64,000 bases of DNA. It comes from a virus. Its lineage: Duplodnaviria > Caudoviricetes. The position numbers and the translations under genes are program-made. The DNA is taken from the IMG/VR virus record IMGVR_UViG_3300027759_000001; one strand, given 5' to 3'. A model generated the notes under the pieces. That model was not told where the DNA came from. It saw only the letters and a list, made by a program, of their open reading frames with translations, and made no database searches. Below are positions 26,817-36,922 of the stretch, one piece after another (position 1 is the stretch's first letter; every line of letters begins with the position of its first letter).

Positions 26817-26890
26817 ATTAAACTACAAATACTTAAAACCCCCTTTTATTAAAATAACTGGGGGTTTTGATATTTATATAGAAATGTCTT

Positions 26891-28660
26891 ATGGGTTTAA
26901 CTAAAGAACAGGTAATGTTGGAATATGTGAAGTGTATGAAAGATACTCCATACGCATTAAAAACATATCTACAAACATACGATAACACCGTTTCAAAATA
27001 CGTACCATTGGAGTTATTTCCCGATCAGATATCGTTATTAAATGACTATGAAAATTATGAGGAAAATATTGCATTAAAGTATCGTCAGGCAGGTGTATCT
27101 ACGGTAACAGGTGCTTGGATATCAAAGAGATTGGTATTTGCTAAAAAAACACAACCTGAGAAAATTCTTATTATTGCCAACAAATTGGATACATCTATGG
27201 AGATGGCGAATAAGATACGAGCTTTCGTGGACCAATGGCCAAGTTGGGTTGGTGCGGGATTCTCTAACGATAAAAATTCACAAAAACATTATAAATTAAC
27301 AAATGGGTCTGAAGTAAAGGCAGTTGCAACATCAAAAGATGCCTTGCGTGGTTTTACCCCTACAATTCTTGTATTTGATGAGGCGGCCTTTATTGAGGCC
27401 GACAGTGATTTTTGGGCGGCTTGTATGGCATCCTTATCCACAGGGGGTAAGGTAATTGTAGTTTCAACACCAAATGGTTATGATCCAATTTATTATGAAA
27501 TATATGATCAGGCATTAAAAGGAATGAATAACTTCAAAATCTCTGAGATGTTTTGGTATAGAGACCCAAGATATTCAAAAGATTTATTTTTAGTTCCAAC
27601 TGAAGATTTAGTTAAATATCTTCTTAATAAAGAAGAACATGATGAGAGTAAACACATATCCTTTGCTCACATTGACCCATTTAAAAGGGATTATGACGAA
27701 TTAGATTCATATTTCAAGAAAGGATACAAACCATGTTCTACTTGGTATGAGAAAATGGTTAAAAAACTTAAATACGATAAGAGAAAGATTAACCAAGAGT
27801 TAAATTGCGAATTTTTAGGTTCAGGTGATAACGTATTTGAGAATACACAATTAGAATATATTAAAAATAACACCCTTATGGACCCAACAGGTAAATTGAT
27901 GGGTAATTCATTATGGATGTGGAAAGAACCAATACCTGAACATAAATACATTATGGGTGTTGACGTTTCTCGTGGAGATAGTGAAGACTTTTCTTCCATA
28001 CAAATTATTGATTTTGACGATAGAGAACAAGTATTTGAATATGTTGGAAAAATTCCACCTGATGCTCTTGCTGAAATCGCATATAAATGGGGGATGATGT
28101 ATAATGCATTCATTGTTGTGGATATAACTGGTGGTATGGGAATTACCACCGTAAGAAAACTACAAGAACTTGGATATAAAAATTTATACATTGAGGGAAT
28201 TGATACTACAAGCATATGGTCATACAATGCAAAATTGGCGGATAAAATACCGGGATTAAACTTTAACAATAAACGTGTGCAGATTATTGCAGCATTTGAG
28301 GAATATGTAAGACATAAGTTTAAGATACGTAGTGTAAGGTTATATAACGAAATGAACACCTTTATTTACCTTAATGGTAGACCTGACCACCAAAGAGGTC
28401 AACATGATGACCTTATCATGGGTATTTCTATGGCAATATATGTTGGGGAGTCGTCTTTTAATAAATTAGAAAAGGTTGTTGAAAGAACAAAAATAATGTT
28501 AGAATCTTGGACGGTAGTTAATGATAACACGGCAAGACAACAAACACATTTTGATCCAGTTATTCCAAATAATAATGTAAGAAATGACAGATGGTCAAGA
28601 GATGCAGGTCCATCTAAAGATGATTATATTAAATATAATTGGTTATTTGGTAATAGATAA
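26891..28660 (+). CDS. terL: Terminase large subunit (T4 gp17-like)
   Basis: LKYRQAGVST Walker A, LVFDEAAF Walker B, VSTPNG, MGVDVSRG, HDDLIM nuclease motifs. Confidence 0.95.
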   Translation: MGLTKEQVMLEYVKCMKDTPYALKTYLQTYDNTVSKYVPLELFPDQISLLNDYENYEENIALKYRQAGVSTVTGAWISKRLVFAKKTQPEKILIIANKLDTSMEMANKIRAFVDQWPSWVGAGFSNDKNSQKHYKLTNGSEVKAVATSKDALRGFTPTILVFDEAAFIEADSDFWAACMASLSTGGKVIVVSTPNGYDPIYYEIYDQALKGMNNFKISEMFWYRDPRYSKDLFLVPTEDLVKYLLNKEEHDESKHISFAHIDPFKRDYDELDSYFKKGYKPCSTWYEKMVKKLKYDKRKINQELNCEFLGSGDNVFENTQLEYIKNNTLMDPTGKLMGNSLWMWKEPIPEHKYIMGVDVSRGDSEDFSSIQIIDFDDREQVFEYVGKIPPDALAEIAYKWGMMYNAFIVVDITGGMGITTVRKLQELGYKNLYIEGIDTTSIWSYNAKLADKIPGLNFNNKRVQIIAAFEEYVRHKFKIRSVRLYNEMNTFIYLNGRPDHQRGQHDDLIMGISMAIYVGESSFNKLEKVVERTKIMLESWTVVNDNTARQQTHFDPVIPNNNVRNDRWSRDAGPSKDDYIKYNWLFGNR

Positions 28661-28671
28661 TATTTATAGAC

Positions 28672-28842
28672 ATGGGACTTACTACAAGAAAAAAATCAGG
28701 GAATATAATTGGGGGATCACGACTTGTGGTTACCGGTCAACCTATTTATAATGTAAAAGTAAGTGATCCGGCATTTAATAGTAAGGGGGATAAAAGTAAT
28801 GGTAAACAACCTAATACCACAAATAATACTGATAAAAAGTAA
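28672..28842 (+). CDS. Small basic protein between terminase and portal (56 aa, not in ORF track)
   Basis: MGLTTRKKSGNIIGGSRLVVTGQPIYNVKV..., preceded by TATTTAT 28661-28667. Confidence 0.6.
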   Translation: MGLTTRKKSGNIIGGSRLVVTGQPIYNVKVSDPAFNSKGDKSNGKQPNTTNNTDKK

Positions 28843-28889
28843 AATGAGTGAAATGTTTAGTATTGACAAAAAATTATTAGATTTTTAAT

Positions 28890-30701
28890 ATGGAGCAAAA
28901 TAATAATAACAACATGAATAATTTAACGATATGGCAGAGGTTATCAAAGACTTTTGGACCTAACTCGTTATTAGGTATGGATTATCCAACATATAAGTTG
29001 GACAAACAAGTCCTTCTTAAAACTACGGATAAGAAAGAGTACGAAAAAGAAAAATTACAATATCAACAATCAGTATTTTTAAATAATCAATGGGCAAAAA
29101 TTGAAAACAATTTATATACTCAAGCAATTTATTATGAGCCAAATAGAATTGCTTCATTCTATGATTATGAATCAATGGAATTTACACCTGAGATTTCAAC
29201 GGCATTAGACATTTATTCTGAAGAATCTACAACACCTAATCAGGATGGTTATTTATTACAAATTTACTCCGAATCAAAAAGAATTAAAAGTATCTTGGTT
29301 GATTTATTTGTTAACAACTTAGATATTAATACTAACTTACCTATGTGGGTTAGAAATACTTGTAAATATGGTGACAACTTTGTTTACCTTAAATTAGATA
29401 CCGAAAAAGGTGTAACGGGATGTATCCAATTACCTAATATTGAAATTGAAAGATTAGAAAGAGGTATGGAATCAAGAACGGTAAATGCAACACCAAACCC
29501 AAATGATAAAGGTCTAAGATTCAATTGGAAAGTAAAAGACATGGAATTCAATACTTGGGAAATTGCACACTTTAGATTACTTGGTGATGATAGAAAATTA
29601 CCTTATGGTACATCAATGTTAGAAAAGGCTCGTCGTATTTGGAAACAATTAGTTTTAGCAGAAGATGCGATGTTAATCTATAGAACATCAAGAGCACCCG
29701 AAAGACGTGTATTTAAAGTATTCGTTGGAAACATGGATGATAAAGATGTTGAGGCGTATGTACAACGTGTTGCAAACAAGTTTAAAAGAGAACAAGTTGT
29801 GGATAGTAAAACGGGTAATGTGGATCTACGTTTCAATCAAATGGCGGTAGATCAAGATTATTTTGTTCCTGTTCGTGATGTGGCTCAAACAATGCCTATT
29901 GAGACATTGGCGGGAGCAACAAACCTATCGGAAATTGCAGATATAGAATATATTCAAAAGAAATTATTAACCGCACTTAGGATTCCAAAAGCGTATTTAG
30001 GATTTGAGGAAGTTCTTGGGGATGGTAAAAATTTATCTTTATTGGACATTAGATTTGCAAGAACAATCAATAAAATACAAAAGGCAATTATTGCCGAATT
30101 AAATAAAATTGCAATCATTCACCTATTCTTATTAGGATTTGAGGATGAATTACACAACTTTACCTTAGGTTTAACAAATCCATCTAAACAAGCCGATCTA
30201 TTGATGATTGACGTATGGAAAGAAAAGGTAACATTGTATAAAGATATGGTTACTGAGATTCCTAAATCAATTCAACCAACATCTGCTACTTGGGCTAAGA
30301 AACATATCTTTGGTTTCTCTGATGAAGATATTAAACTTGAAGTACAACAAATAAGATTAGAAAGAGCCGTATCCGCTGAGTTAGATAATACCGCAACTAT
30401 AATCACACATACGGGGTTATTTGATAATGTTGATAAACTTTATCACACATCAACAGGGACAACAGAAAATGCGGGAGGAGCACCACCTGCACCTGGAGCG
30501 GCACCTGATATGGGTGGAGGAGCAATGCCACCACCACCTGAAGCTCCAGCTGAAATGCCTATGGGTGAATCAAAAAAAGATAACTTAAATATACTATTGG
30601 AAAATGATAATATATTGGGAGATACGTTTATTGATTTATCAAAAGGTAGAAATTCTTTGGGATCTATGGAAGATCAATTAAACAAATTACTAAATGATTG
30701 A
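28890..30701 (+). CDS. Portal protein (T4 gp20-like)
   Basis: PEISTALDI, YGTSMLEKARR, EDAMLIYRTSRAPERRVF, DIEYIQKKL..ALRIPKAYL. Confidence 0.95.
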   Translation: MEQNNNNNMNNLTIWQRLSKTFGPNSLLGMDYPTYKLDKQVLLKTTDKKEYEKEKLQYQQSVFLNNQWAKIENNLYTQAIYYEPNRIASFYDYESMEFTPEISTALDIYSEESTTPNQDGYLLQIYSESKRIKSILVDLFVNNLDINTNLPMWVRNTCKYGDNFVYLKLDTEKGVTGCIQLPNIEIERLERGMESRTVNATPNPNDKGLRFNWKVKDMEFNTWEIAHFRLLGDDRKLPYGTSMLEKARRIWKQLVLAEDAMLIYRTSRAPERRVFKVFVGNMDDKDVEAYVQRVANKFKREQVVDSKTGNVDLRFNQMAVDQDYFVPVRDVAQTMPIETLAGATNLSEIADIEYIQKKLLTALRIPKAYLGFEEVLGDGKNLSLLDIRFARTINKIQKAIIAELNKIAIIHLFLLGFEDELHNFTLGLTNPSKQADLLMIDVWKEKVTLYKDMVTEIPKSIQPTSATWAKKHIFGFSDEDIKLEVQQIRLERAVSAELDNTATIITHTGLFDNVDKLYHTSTGTTENAGGAPPAPGAAPDMGGGAMPPPPEAPAEMPMGESKKDNLNILLENDNILGDTFIDLSKGRNSLGSMEDQLNKLLND

Positions 30702-30722
30702 TATTTATAATAAAAAAAAATT

Positions 30723-31439
30723 ATGAAATTTGGAATATTAAAATCAAGGATTGAAGATTGTTTAGTTGAATCTTATAGAAAAGATTCTCTAAAAAAAAAT
30801 ATGTTTGTTTTTGAAGAACTTATATTAAAAAACAAATCTCTAAGTACACTTTATTTTTTATATGATGAACTTAGTAAAAACAAAGGTTTAAATGAATCTT
30901 TTATAAATGAATATATTAACGAAAGTATTGTATTATTTGAGAATACAATCTCTAAGGTAGAAAAAAACGACCTTAAAGATCTGAATTTGTGGGTAGGTCA
31001 TATTGTTTCAGAAAATAGGTATCAAGACATTGATAATTTATTTTCGTCTAACGCATCTACACTAGAAGAAAAATTAAGAAGTAAAAAAACTATTTCTGAA
31101 AATCTTAAGAAAGATCCATCAAAAGAAAAAGAAGTAATTGAGGTTCCATTAAAGTCTATGGTTGAGGTGGCAAACAATACAATTAAATCACATATTGATA
31201 GTTTAACCGAAAGTGAGAAAAAACAACTTAATGTTTTATTAAACACTTCCGATGAAAAACTTAATCAAAAATATGGGTTTCTTAAAGAAGATGTGATTGA
31301 AAAATTAGAAACTTTACTATCTAAAAATGAAGATTCCGAAACTAATCAAAAAATTAACGAAACAATAGAAAAACTACAAATAGAAAATTACGACAAATTA
31401 AATTATTTCAAATTAAAACAATTAAATGAAAATATTTAA
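30723..31439 (+). CDS. Conserved helical hypothetical protein of the head module
   Basis: 238-aa ORF after TATTTAT 30702-30708. Confidence 0.8.
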   Translation: MKFGILKSRIEDCLVESYRKDSLKKNMFVFEELILKNKSLSTLYFLYDELSKNKGLNESFINEYINESIVLFENTISKVEKNDLKDLNLWVGHIVSENRYQDIDNLFSSNASTLEEKLRSKKTISENLKKDPSKEKEVIEVPLKSMVEVANNTIKSHIDSLTESEKKQLNVLLNTSDEKLNQKYGFLKEDVIEKLETLLSKNEDSETNQKINETIEKLQIENYDKLNYFKLKQLNENI

Positions 31440-31624
31440 TTGTTAGGTATTTGTTTTTGTCTGTAAATTGATTTATTTAAAATCTGTCTCTTAAGGACAG
31501 ATTTTTTTGTATGTTCTTTTCTGTTATTAAGATGGGCGTTTTGTCTTGTTTTAATAACCTTACTTTTTAATTCTTTTAGAGCTTTTTCAATCCCCCCATT
31601 TTTATTAACTTTTACAATCAGCAT
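31436..31624 (-). CDS. rpsU: Ribosomal protein bS21
   Basis: MLIVKV..IEKALKELKSKV..RKEHTKKSVLKRQ..KSIYRQ resembles Bacteroidetes bS21; TAATTTTG -7 element at 31670-31663. Confidence 0.8.
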   Translation of the reverse strand: MLIVKVNKNGGIEKALKELKSKVIKTRQNAHLNNRKEHTKKSVLKRQILNKSIYRQKQIPNN

Positions 31625-31714
31625 ATTTTTTTGATATTAGTTTATGTATTTGATATATACCACAAAATTAGTTATTATTATCTAAAATAAACAATATCAG
31701 TATGAAAAAAATTT

Positions 31715-32182
31715 ATGAAAAAAGGCAAAACCGAAAAAATCAATGGCTTTAGAACATCTAAAATAGTCTATGGGACGGTAGATTCAAAAGAGTTTAAATC
31801 TCTTTACCTAAACATCCAAACTTGGGTTGAACCAAAAAAAGACTCCGAAAATTGGACAAGAGTTGTCCTTAATATGAGCAGATCAATTAAACATACGGTC
31901 TATCACAAATTAGATAAGACAATGTTTGACGATAAATTTATAGTGGACTTAGATCTTAGAACAAGCGGTCTACACCTAAAAAAGAAATCATTTATGAATT
32001 TAGAAATTAATCTATTTTTAAATGAACCAATAGATTTCAAATCCTTAAAATTAAAGAAAACACTTAAATTATTAGTAAAAGAAATTTATTCGGATGTTTT
32101 GATAAACAACCCTAATTTCAAATTTTATTTAACAAAAACAGGTAATGTTAAACCAATTAAAGTAAAAACGGAAACGGCCTAA
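31715..32182 (+). CDS. Conserved hypothetical protein
   Basis: 155-aa ORF. Confidence 0.75.
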   Translation: MKKGKTEKINGFRTSKIVYGTVDSKEFKSLYLNIQTWVEPKKDSENWTRVVLNMSRSIKHTVYHKLDKTMFDDKFIVDLDLRTSGLHLKKKSFMNLEINLFLNEPIDFKSLKLKKTLKLLVKEIYSDVLINNPNFKFYLTKTGNVKPIKVKTETA

Positions 32183-32203
32183 TATTTATAACTAAAACTT
32201 ATT

Positions 32204-32932
32204 ATGAGTGAATATAAAATTTTAGGGCCTAGAGATACAGGTAAGGGAATTCTTATTGAATACGATGCAGGATATATTAACCCAAAAGAAGGTCGTAATT
32301 ACGAGATATTAAAAGAATCATCAAATCATTTGGACCATTCAAAACCATTTGAATTTTATGCAGTTCTGCAAAAATACAACACACCTAACAGAAATGGTAG
32401 AGTATACCCTGAGAAGATATTAAAAAGAGAATCAGAAAATTATAGAAAGATGATTGAGAAAGGAACCTCATTATCTGAATTAAACCACCCTGAGTCTTCT
32501 TTAATTGATTTAGATCGTGTGTCACACCTAATAACAGATATATGGTGGGAAGGACCTGTATTGTTAGGTAAACTTAAATTGTTAACAAGTCCTGGTTTCC
32601 ATGAAAGAGGGATTGTTTCTACTAAGGGAGATTTGGCAGCAAACTACTTACGACAAGGAGTTACTTTAGGTATATCTTCTCGTGGTGTAGGATCCCTTAA
32701 AAAGGTGGGAGAACAAAATGAAGTACAAGATGATTTTGAACTTATTTGTTTTGACTTAGTGTCTTCACCATCAACACCTGGAGCTTATCTTTTCCAAGAT
32801 AAGAACGATAGAATGAAGTATGAGGAGAACTTAGAAGAAGACAAAAAAATGTCAGTAGATCGTCATGTTGGTGAAAGTGGTAACAAATCGCTTGACTTAA
32901 TGAAAAGATTAACCGATTATTTAGATAAATAA
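32204..32932 (+). CDS. Prohead core protease (T4 gp21-like)
   Basis: NRNGRVYP, SELNHP, GISSRGVGS, FDLVSSPSTPGA. Confidence 0.95.
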   Translation: MSEYKILGPRDTGKGILIEYDAGYINPKEGRNYEILKESSNHLDHSKPFEFYAVLQKYNTPNRNGRVYPEKILKRESENYRKMIEKGTSLSELNHPESSLIDLDRVSHLITDIWWEGPVLLGKLKLLTSPGFHERGIVSTKGDLAANYLRQGVTLGISSRGVGSLKKVGEQNEVQDDFELICFDLVSSPSTPGAYLFQDKNDRMKYEENLEEDKKMSVDRHVGESGNKSLDLMKRLTDYLDK

Positions 32933-32940
32933 AAAAAACT

Positions 32941-33156
32941 ATGGAACAAGGAGAAAAGTATTTTGTGGCTAAAATCACATCTGATTTATTAGATACTGAA
33001 TCAGGAAAAGTAAAAAAAACAAGAGAAGAAAAATTAGTATTGGGTTATTCACCAACTGATGTTGAGGCAAAAGTTACTAAAGTGTATGAACACTATACTA
33101 TGGATTGGAGAATTACATCAATCACTGAAAGTAAAATTGATGAGGTAATTAGTTAA
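32941..33156 (+). CDS. Small conserved head-module protein
   Basis: 71-aa ORF between protease and scaffold. Confidence 0.75.
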   Translation: MEQGEKYFVAKITSDLLDTESGKVKKTREEKLVLGYSPTDVEAKVTKVYEHYTMDWRITSITESKIDEVIS

Positions 33157-33175
33157 TTTTTAATTAATTTTTAAG

Positions 33176-33208
33176 ATGGGTATGACATTAGTTGTACCCA
33201 TTTTTTTT
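33176..33208 (+). terminator. Intrinsic terminator
   Basis: ATGGGTATGAC-ATTA-GTTGTACCCAT followed by a T tract. Confidence 0.8.
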
Positions 33209-33275
33209 GCCTAATAATTAGAAAAAATGAATTTTTTTAATTTACCTACTATTTATATTGTAAAACAAACTATAG

Positions 33276-34730
33276 ATGAACAAAAAATCAGTTGTTGAAG
33301 ACGCATTATTCCAAATTCGAAGTTTGGAAGAAGCTCTTAAAGAAAATGCAAAAGGAATACTTTCTTCTACAATGAAGAATGAAATCAGCTCATTAGTAAA
33401 AGAATCTCTTAGAGAACAAGAAGAGATTGACGTTGAAGACGAAGAAGAGGTTGTTGAACCTGAAGGTCAAGTAGATGATGTCGAGGATGTAGATTTAGGT
33501 GCAGAACCTATGGCTATGGATGATGACATGGAAGATGACGACATTGAAGACATTGACATGGGTATGGAAGATGAAGATGCAATTGACATGACTGGAGCAG
33601 ATATGTCAGATGTAATTAAAGTTTTCAAATCTATGAGTGATGAAGATGGAGTTATCGTAAAGAAAGATGCGAATAATAACATTACATTATCAGATCCTGA
33701 AACTGGAGCTGATTATTTCATCCAACTTTCTGAACAATATCAAGATGAACTTGATGAACAAGATGAAGATGAAAGTGAAGATCTTACATTAGACGAAACT
33801 TTGTATGAAATTGAAATGGATGACTTCGGTATGTCTGATGATATGGAAGATGAAGAAGAAGAAGAAGAAGAAATGGATTTTGAAGAAAGACCAAGACGCA
33901 TGAGTCGTAGACATAATGAAGAAATGTATGAAACTCCAATGTACGAAACTAATGTTGATGAAACTTTGTATGAAATTGAAATGGATGACTTCGGTATGTC
34001 TGATGAAGAAGAATATGAAGAATTAGATGAAGAAGATTTGGATCATGTAATGGAATCAAAATTTAAAGCTAAAGGAGTTGGAATGGGTTCACCTAAATTC
34101 AAGTACGGACAAGTTATGGATTATAAAACTACCAAACAAAAAGAAGGTAAAAAAATGATCAACACAGGAAGTGCTAAAAAATTCTCTTATAAAGATGGAG
34201 AAAATTTAGATGGTGAATACAGACCAATTAAAAAGAGAAGAGAAACTACAGAAGCTTCACGTACATTAGGTGCAGGAACAAAATTTGGAAGAAATGGTTT
34301 ACCAAAACCAAAAGCAGCTCCTAGACACATTAGTGAAAATGAAGTAGAATTACTAAAATCTAAAAATGAAGAGTACAGAAAGGCTTTGAATCTTTTCAGA
34401 ACTAAATTAAATGAAGTAGCAATCTTTAACTCTAATTTGGCTTACGCAACTAGACTGTTTACAGAACATTCAACAACAAAACAAGAAAAAATAAATATAC
34501 TTAGAAGATTCGACAATGTTGAAACACTTAAAGAATCTAAAAGTCTTTATAAATCATTAAAAGATGAATTCTCATCTGAAAAAACTAAGGAAAACTCTAT
34601 TAATGAGTCATTTGAAAAATCGGTTACTAAAACTCCTGTATCAGGATCAGCCGTTAATTTGATTGAATCTAAAACTTATGAGAATCCACAGTTCTTGAGA
34701 ATGAAAGATTTAATGGGAAAAATAAAATAA
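33276..34730 (+). CDS. Prohead core/scaffold protein (gp22-like position)
   Basis: Very acidic, coiled-coil, directly upstream of the major capsid gene; C-terminal FLRMKDLMG. Confidence 0.8.
   Translation: MNKKSVVEDALFQIRSLEEALKENAKGILSSTMKNEISSLVKESLREQEEIDVEDEEEVVEPEGQVDDVEDVDLGAEPMAMDDDMEDDDIEDIDMGMEDEDAIDMTGADMSDVIKVFKSMSDEDGVIVKKDANNNITLSDPETGADYFIQLSEQYQDELDEQDEDESEDLTLDETLYEIEMDDFGMSDDMEDEEEEEEEMDFEERPRRMSRRHNEEMYETPMYETNVDETLYEIEMDDFGMSDEEEYEELDEEDLDHVMESKFKAKGVGMGSPKFKYGQVMDYKTTKQKEGKKMINTGSAKKFSYKDGENLDGEYRPIKKRRETTEASRTLGAGTKFGRNGLPKPKAAPRHISENEVELLKSKNEEYRKALNLFRTKLNEVAIFNSNLAYATRLFTEHSTTKQEKINILRRFDNVETLKESKSLYKSLKDEFSSEKTKENSINESFEKSVTKTPVSGSAVNLIESKTYENPQFLRMKDLMGKIK
33795..34006 (+). 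repeat. Exact 47-nt direct repeat pair (33795-33841, 33960-34006)
   Basis: GAAACTTTGTATGAAATTGAAATGGATGACTTCGGTATGTCTGATGA twice. Confidence 0.95.
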
Positions 34731-34762
34731 AAATAAACTAAAAAAAATAAAAAACCAAAAAA

Positions 34763-36592
34763 ATGGGAGCATTATTAGAATCAGGTCTTGTTGGTAACAT
34801 CGGGTTAAAACACCTTAAAGTTATCAAAGAAGATACTATTAACAAATGGGATAAATTAGGATTCCTTGAAGGCCTTAAAGGCCACCTAAAAGAAAACGTA
34901 GCACAGTTATATGAAAACCAAGCTTCTTTCTTGATTAACGAAGCAACTTCTGAAGGTTCCAACGGAGCATTTGAAACAGTTGTTTTCCCTATCGTAAGAA
35001 GAGTTTTCTCTAAATTGTTGGCTAACGATATCGTTTCTGTACAAGCAATGAACTTACCAATTGGTAAATTGTTCTTCTTTGTGCCTCGTATCCAAGGATA
35101 TGATAATTCAACCGCTAACGGTGGAGAACATTATTCACCAATCGGATCACCAAATGGTCCTGCACCGGCAGACAACGCAGGATACCCAGGTGGAACAGGT
35201 ACATCATACGCTAAAAATCTTTATGATTTATTTTATGAAGGTTCAGAAGCAGCGTTAGATCCTCCAGGATTGTTTGATTACTCTAAAGGTGAATGGACTG
35301 CAGTTACTGCGGCAACAAACGTACAAGTTTGGAGTGGTAGTACCTTAGAAAATGCGGGTAATAATAATTCACAATACACTGCAACTACAGGAACAAGAAA
35401 AGTTATTATCAAAATGTGTGACTTTAACAGAGCTGGTGAAGGTAAATTAATCGGACCTGATGGTAACGAGATGGATACTGAAACTTTCTTATCTGACCTT
35501 AAAATTATTAAAGATTCAGGTTTAACTGTGGCTGGAACATCACCTTGTACTGTTGACGCATCAACACCATTATTGTTTAGAGTTGTTACTCAAATCTACG
35601 GTAAAGGAATCGTTAAATACGGTAGTCAAGCTCAAACTTCTTACGCATCAACAGGAAATGGTGGTTCTTACTACGATATCTGTGACGCAGAAGGTTGTAT
35701 CTATTTAGAGGTTGATTTATCTTGTCCTGTATGTGCTACTTGTGGTACTACATTAGACGGATACACAGGAACAACTTTAAGTGCTATCGCTCAAGCAACT
35801 GCATTTACTGCGGTTTACAGAAGATACAAAAACTTAGAGTTTGAAGATAAAATCGGTGAGGTTTCTTTTGATTTAGAATCAGTAACTGTTTCTGTAACTG
35901 AAAGAAAACTAAGAGCACAATGGTCTCCTGAGTTAGCTCAAGACGTTGCTGCATTCCATAACATCGACGCTGAAGCTGAGTTAACTGCATTGTTATCTGA
36001 GCAAGTTGCAGCTGAGATTGACCGTGAGATCTTACGTGACTTGAGAAAAGGAGCGGCTTGGAACTTACGTTGGGATTACAACGGATGGAGAAGATTGTCT
36101 TTAACAACATCTTACACTCAAAAAGATTGGAATCAAACTTTGATTACTGCGATTAACCAATTGTCAGCACAAATCCACAAATCTACATTGAGAGGTGGAG
36201 CTAACTGGATCGTAGTTTCTTCTGAGATTTCAGCTATCTTTGATGATTTAGAATACTTCCACGTATCTAACGCATCTCCTGAGCAAGATCAGTATAACAT
36301 GGGTATTGAAAGAGTAGGTACTCTTGCAGGACGTTACCAAGTTTACCGTGACCCTTACTTCCCAGCTAACACAGTGTTAGTAGGACACAAAGGAACATCA
36401 TTGTTAGACACAGGTTACATCTACGCACCGTACGTACCTCTACAATTGACACCTACAATGTACAATCCATTCAACTTTACACCTATCAAAGGTATAATGA
36501 CAAGATACGCTAAGAAAATGGTTAATAACCGTTTCTACGGACGTATCACAGTTGATGGAGTTAGAACATTTGACTTGAGAGAATTGAGATAA
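34763..36592 (+). CDS. Major capsid protein (T4 gp23-like)
   Basis: VQAMNLPIGKLF, RKLRAQWSPELAQD, EIDREIL, YAPYVPL, KGIMTRY; likely maturation site LINE/AT. Confidence 0.97.
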   Translation: MGALLESGLVGNIGLKHLKVIKEDTINKWDKLGFLEGLKGHLKENVAQLYENQASFLINEATSEGSNGAFETVVFPIVRRVFSKLLANDIVSVQAMNLPIGKLFFFVPRIQGYDNSTANGGEHYSPIGSPNGPAPADNAGYPGGTGTSYAKNLYDLFYEGSEAALDPPGLFDYSKGEWTAVTAATNVQVWSGSTLENAGNNNSQYTATTGTRKVIIKMCDFNRAGEGKLIGPDGNEMDTETFLSDLKIIKDSGLTVAGTSPCTVDASTPLLFRVVTQIYGKGIVKYGSQAQTSYASTGNGGSYYDICDAEGCIYLEVDLSCPVCATCGTTLDGYTGTTLSAIAQATAFTAVYRRYKNLEFEDKIGEVSFDLESVTVSVTERKLRAQWSPELAQDVAAFHNIDAEAELTALLSEQVAAEIDREILRDLRKGAAWNLRWDYNGWRRLSLTTSYTQKDWNQTLITAINQLSAQIHKSTLRGGANWIVVSSEISAIFDDLEYFHVSNASPEQDQYNMGIERVGTLAGRYQVYRDPYFPANTVLVGHKGTSLLDTGYIYAPYVPLQLTPTMYNPFNFTPIKGIMTRYAKKMVNNRFYGRITVDGVRTFDLRELR

Positions 36593-36614
36593 TCAATTAA
36601 ATACCGAATAAGAG

Positions 36615-36645
36615 AAAGGAGACAAGTAATTGTCTCCTTTTTTTA
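36615..36645. terminator. Bidirectional terminator after the capsid gene
   Basis: AAAGGAGACAA-GTAA-TTGTCTCCTTT. Confidence 0.9.
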
Positions 36646-36885
36646 TTTATCAATAGTTTGGTTAGGTTCTTCCAATTTTGACAACACTCTAATGGCTTTT
36701 GATATAACTTCAGATTCACCAATTGTAAACGCTCCACGTTTATGTGATGCTTTAACTGACTCAATTAAATAATATAATGCGTGATCTTTATTCATAGATA
36801 TAAGAATTGCATCTAAATGTTCTTCACTTAGTAAATTGATGGTTCCAAACAGGTTACCAAATAATTCATTTTCTTGTTCTTCCAT
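36643..36885 (-). CDS. Hypothetical protein
   Basis: 80-aa ORF. Confidence 0.7.
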   Translation of the reverse strand: MEEQENELFGNLFGTINLLSEEHLDAILISMNKDHALYYLIESVKASHKRGAFTIGESEVISKAIRVLSKLEEPNQTIDK

Positions 36886-36922
36886 TTTGTATTGTGTTGA
36901 TATTTATAATAGTAGACAAATT

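Noticed and set aside
26891-36592. Inteins, introns or homing endonucleases in terminase, portal or capsid genes
   Set aside because: Protein lengths and motif spacing are continuous; no intein or LAGLIDADG/HNH/GIY-YIG motifs seen
3742-36612. 12-mer ATACCGAATAAG present at 3742 and 36601, both just before terminators
   Set aside because: Exact 12-mer pairs are expected by chance in 64 kb of AT-rich DNA; only two copies
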